A DNA stretch of 64,000 bases, from assembly GCA_964234715.1 (NCBI GenBank), contig OZ174288.1; one strand, 5' to 3'. The number at the start of each line of letters is the position of its first letter. Within the stretch, counting starts at the first letter, position 1. The position numbers and the translations under genes were made by a program. This DNA is from Podarcis melisellensis (lineage: Eukaryota). Shown here one piece after another: positions 62,410-64,000 of this stretch. Below the pieces are notes generated by a model. It was not told the DNA's origin. It made no database searches and saw only the letters and a list, made by a program, of their open reading frames with translations.

Positions 62410-62518
62410 ATAGAACTGTAGAGTCAGAAGGGACTCTGAGAGTCATTTAGTCAAATTCCTTGCAATGCAGGAATCTTCTGCCCAACGTGGGGCTCAAACC
62501 CATGACCCTGAGATTAAG
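62410..62518 (-). mobile_element. tRNA-Lys-derived SINE with CR1 tail, 5'-truncated
   Basis: Reverse complement CTTAATCTCAGGGTCATGGGTTTGAGCCCCACGTTGGGCAGAAGATTCCTGCATTGCA. Confidence 0.8.
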
Positions 62519-63854
62519 CAGTCATGTCACAGTTAGTCCTCAGTTTCTGATGCACTGAGTTACAAATCAATAAATAAGAAGGGGAGTGACAATTTAGACT
62601 AGATACAAGAGTTTAATTTTAATTTTAATTTCCCAAACACTCTGTGTACAAGGTAGCCAATGCTACCTTGTTCTTCTGGTGTGTACTCCTGTTATGATAC
62701 AGAATTTCATTCTGTATTTCTAATCTGTTTAAAAGTGCTTCCCAGAGGAAAGCAGTAAGCATTTTAAAGTCCAGTCACACGCAGCTGTAACAAAGCTACA
62801 CCCCTCCAAAATAGTAGAATTAGCTTGCCTCTGCTTGCCAGAAACAAGTGTTTCCTTTATGGAAAGACTGCTACCCCATCTCCACTGCAAACAGCAAAGT
62901 CCCCTCTCTGGACTCAGCAAGCTGCATCTAGCTACAAGGTCTGTACTGTACTTGCTATCTGCTAGGACTAAAGTGTTTTTTCAACCTGTATTTGCAAGTT
63001 GCAAAAGACACAAATGGACAAGAACTCAAAAGCCAGATTTGTATCAATGTTTGTTCAACTATTGCTTTAAAGATGGGAGACCAGAGAAATAGAAGAGTGC
63101 AAGGGAACAAGTTACTCTCCCTTCCCCATGCCCTCTCTTGTCTTCTTTCAAATGAATAATACTTAGCACACTTACATAGGGACTGATATCTTAAAAGTGC
63201 TGTACTTACAGATCAGCTAGTTAATGTGTCACTTGGCAGAGTATTTATAAAGATTTACCTTCCTTGTAAACCTTATTTAATGGGGGCGGACAGATTTTTC
63301 AGCAGCAAGAGAATAGGGTGGAGAAGCCTGTTATCTTTTGGAGAGATAAGGCCTAGGCTAGCCTGGTAATTAGATGGGAGACTACAATAAGTCTGAGGCT
63401 TTAGCTGGAATGCTGCTCTCTGGACAAGGTGAGCCTTCAGGAAATGTGTTGTCTGAAAACTAGTATGGTGTATAAGTGTCTCAATTCACATTTCAGATAT
63501 CAGATCAGCCCCAGGCAGTAGTCCCAAGTAAGCCACAATCTCTTAAACTTCAGTTCTCCTTCTCCAATACTGTACAATGTCACAGGGTTATTGTAAAGCT
63601 TATTAGACTAAGAATAATTTGAAAGATCCTGTAAAAAAACAAACAAATGAAAATGCAGAAAGAAGAACACAAACCCCTGAAAATGCCTGGATGTCCATTG
63701 GAAGGAACCCATGAAACAGTCTGAAGGCAAATGATACGGCTGCTTGGTGAAACTAAGCAAGCATGTCTGGTTTGTGACTGGAAAGCTCATTTTTTAAAAC
63801 TTAATTGTTCTAAGGTTTTATTGCTGTAAACTGCCCCCCCTCCCCGTGTGTGTC

Positions 63855-63881
<27 letters not shown>
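63855..63881. repeat. (AG)n microsatellite
   Basis: AG dinucleotide run. Confidence 0.95.
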
Positions 63882-63886
<5 letters not shown>

Positions 63887-64000
63887 ACATACAGATATTC
63901 AAACAAACAAACAAAATATTCAATAAAATAGATATTCAAACAAAAGATATAATGAACTGAATAAAACAATAATGAAGTTAGGGGTCCTGGGTAATTTATT

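Noticed and set aside
1-64000. CRISPR array, prokaryotic operon or CAPN15 CpG-island promoter
   Set aside because: Eukaryotic intron-rich DNA with no regularly spaced repeats; no extended CpG island other than the coding exon, so the main promoter is probably right of the window.

Overview
This is vertebrate genomic DNA, very likely a squamate reptile and probably a lacertid lizard (Sauria SINE, tRNA-derived SINEs with CR1 tails, TA-flanked MITEs). The whole window appears to lie within the 5' half of CAPN15 (calpain-15/SOLH) on the minus strand. The large zinc-finger exon is 7804..6343 (ATG at 7782, six RanBP2-type fingers). The first calpain-domain exon is 1926..1718 and ends in the catalytic QGLLGNCW motif; the remaining coding exons lie left of the window. 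Two upstream exon candidates have strong splice sites (47877..47681 and 42349..42056). The second carries a strong-Kozak ATG whose ORF begins MGSSASS (an N-myristoylation consensus) and would splice exactly in frame onto the zinc-finger exon, predicting a 66-aa N-terminally extended calpain-15 behind a uORF-rich leader. The rest is intron containing SINE, CR1, L2 and MITE copies, a 25-nt U6 retrocopy with an 18-bp target-site duplication (TSD), a 777-bp Sola-like DNA element with a 4-bp TSD, enhancer-like unique blocks and a 200-N assembly gap. No promoter CpG island is visible. Repeat family names come from motif recognition, not database searches.
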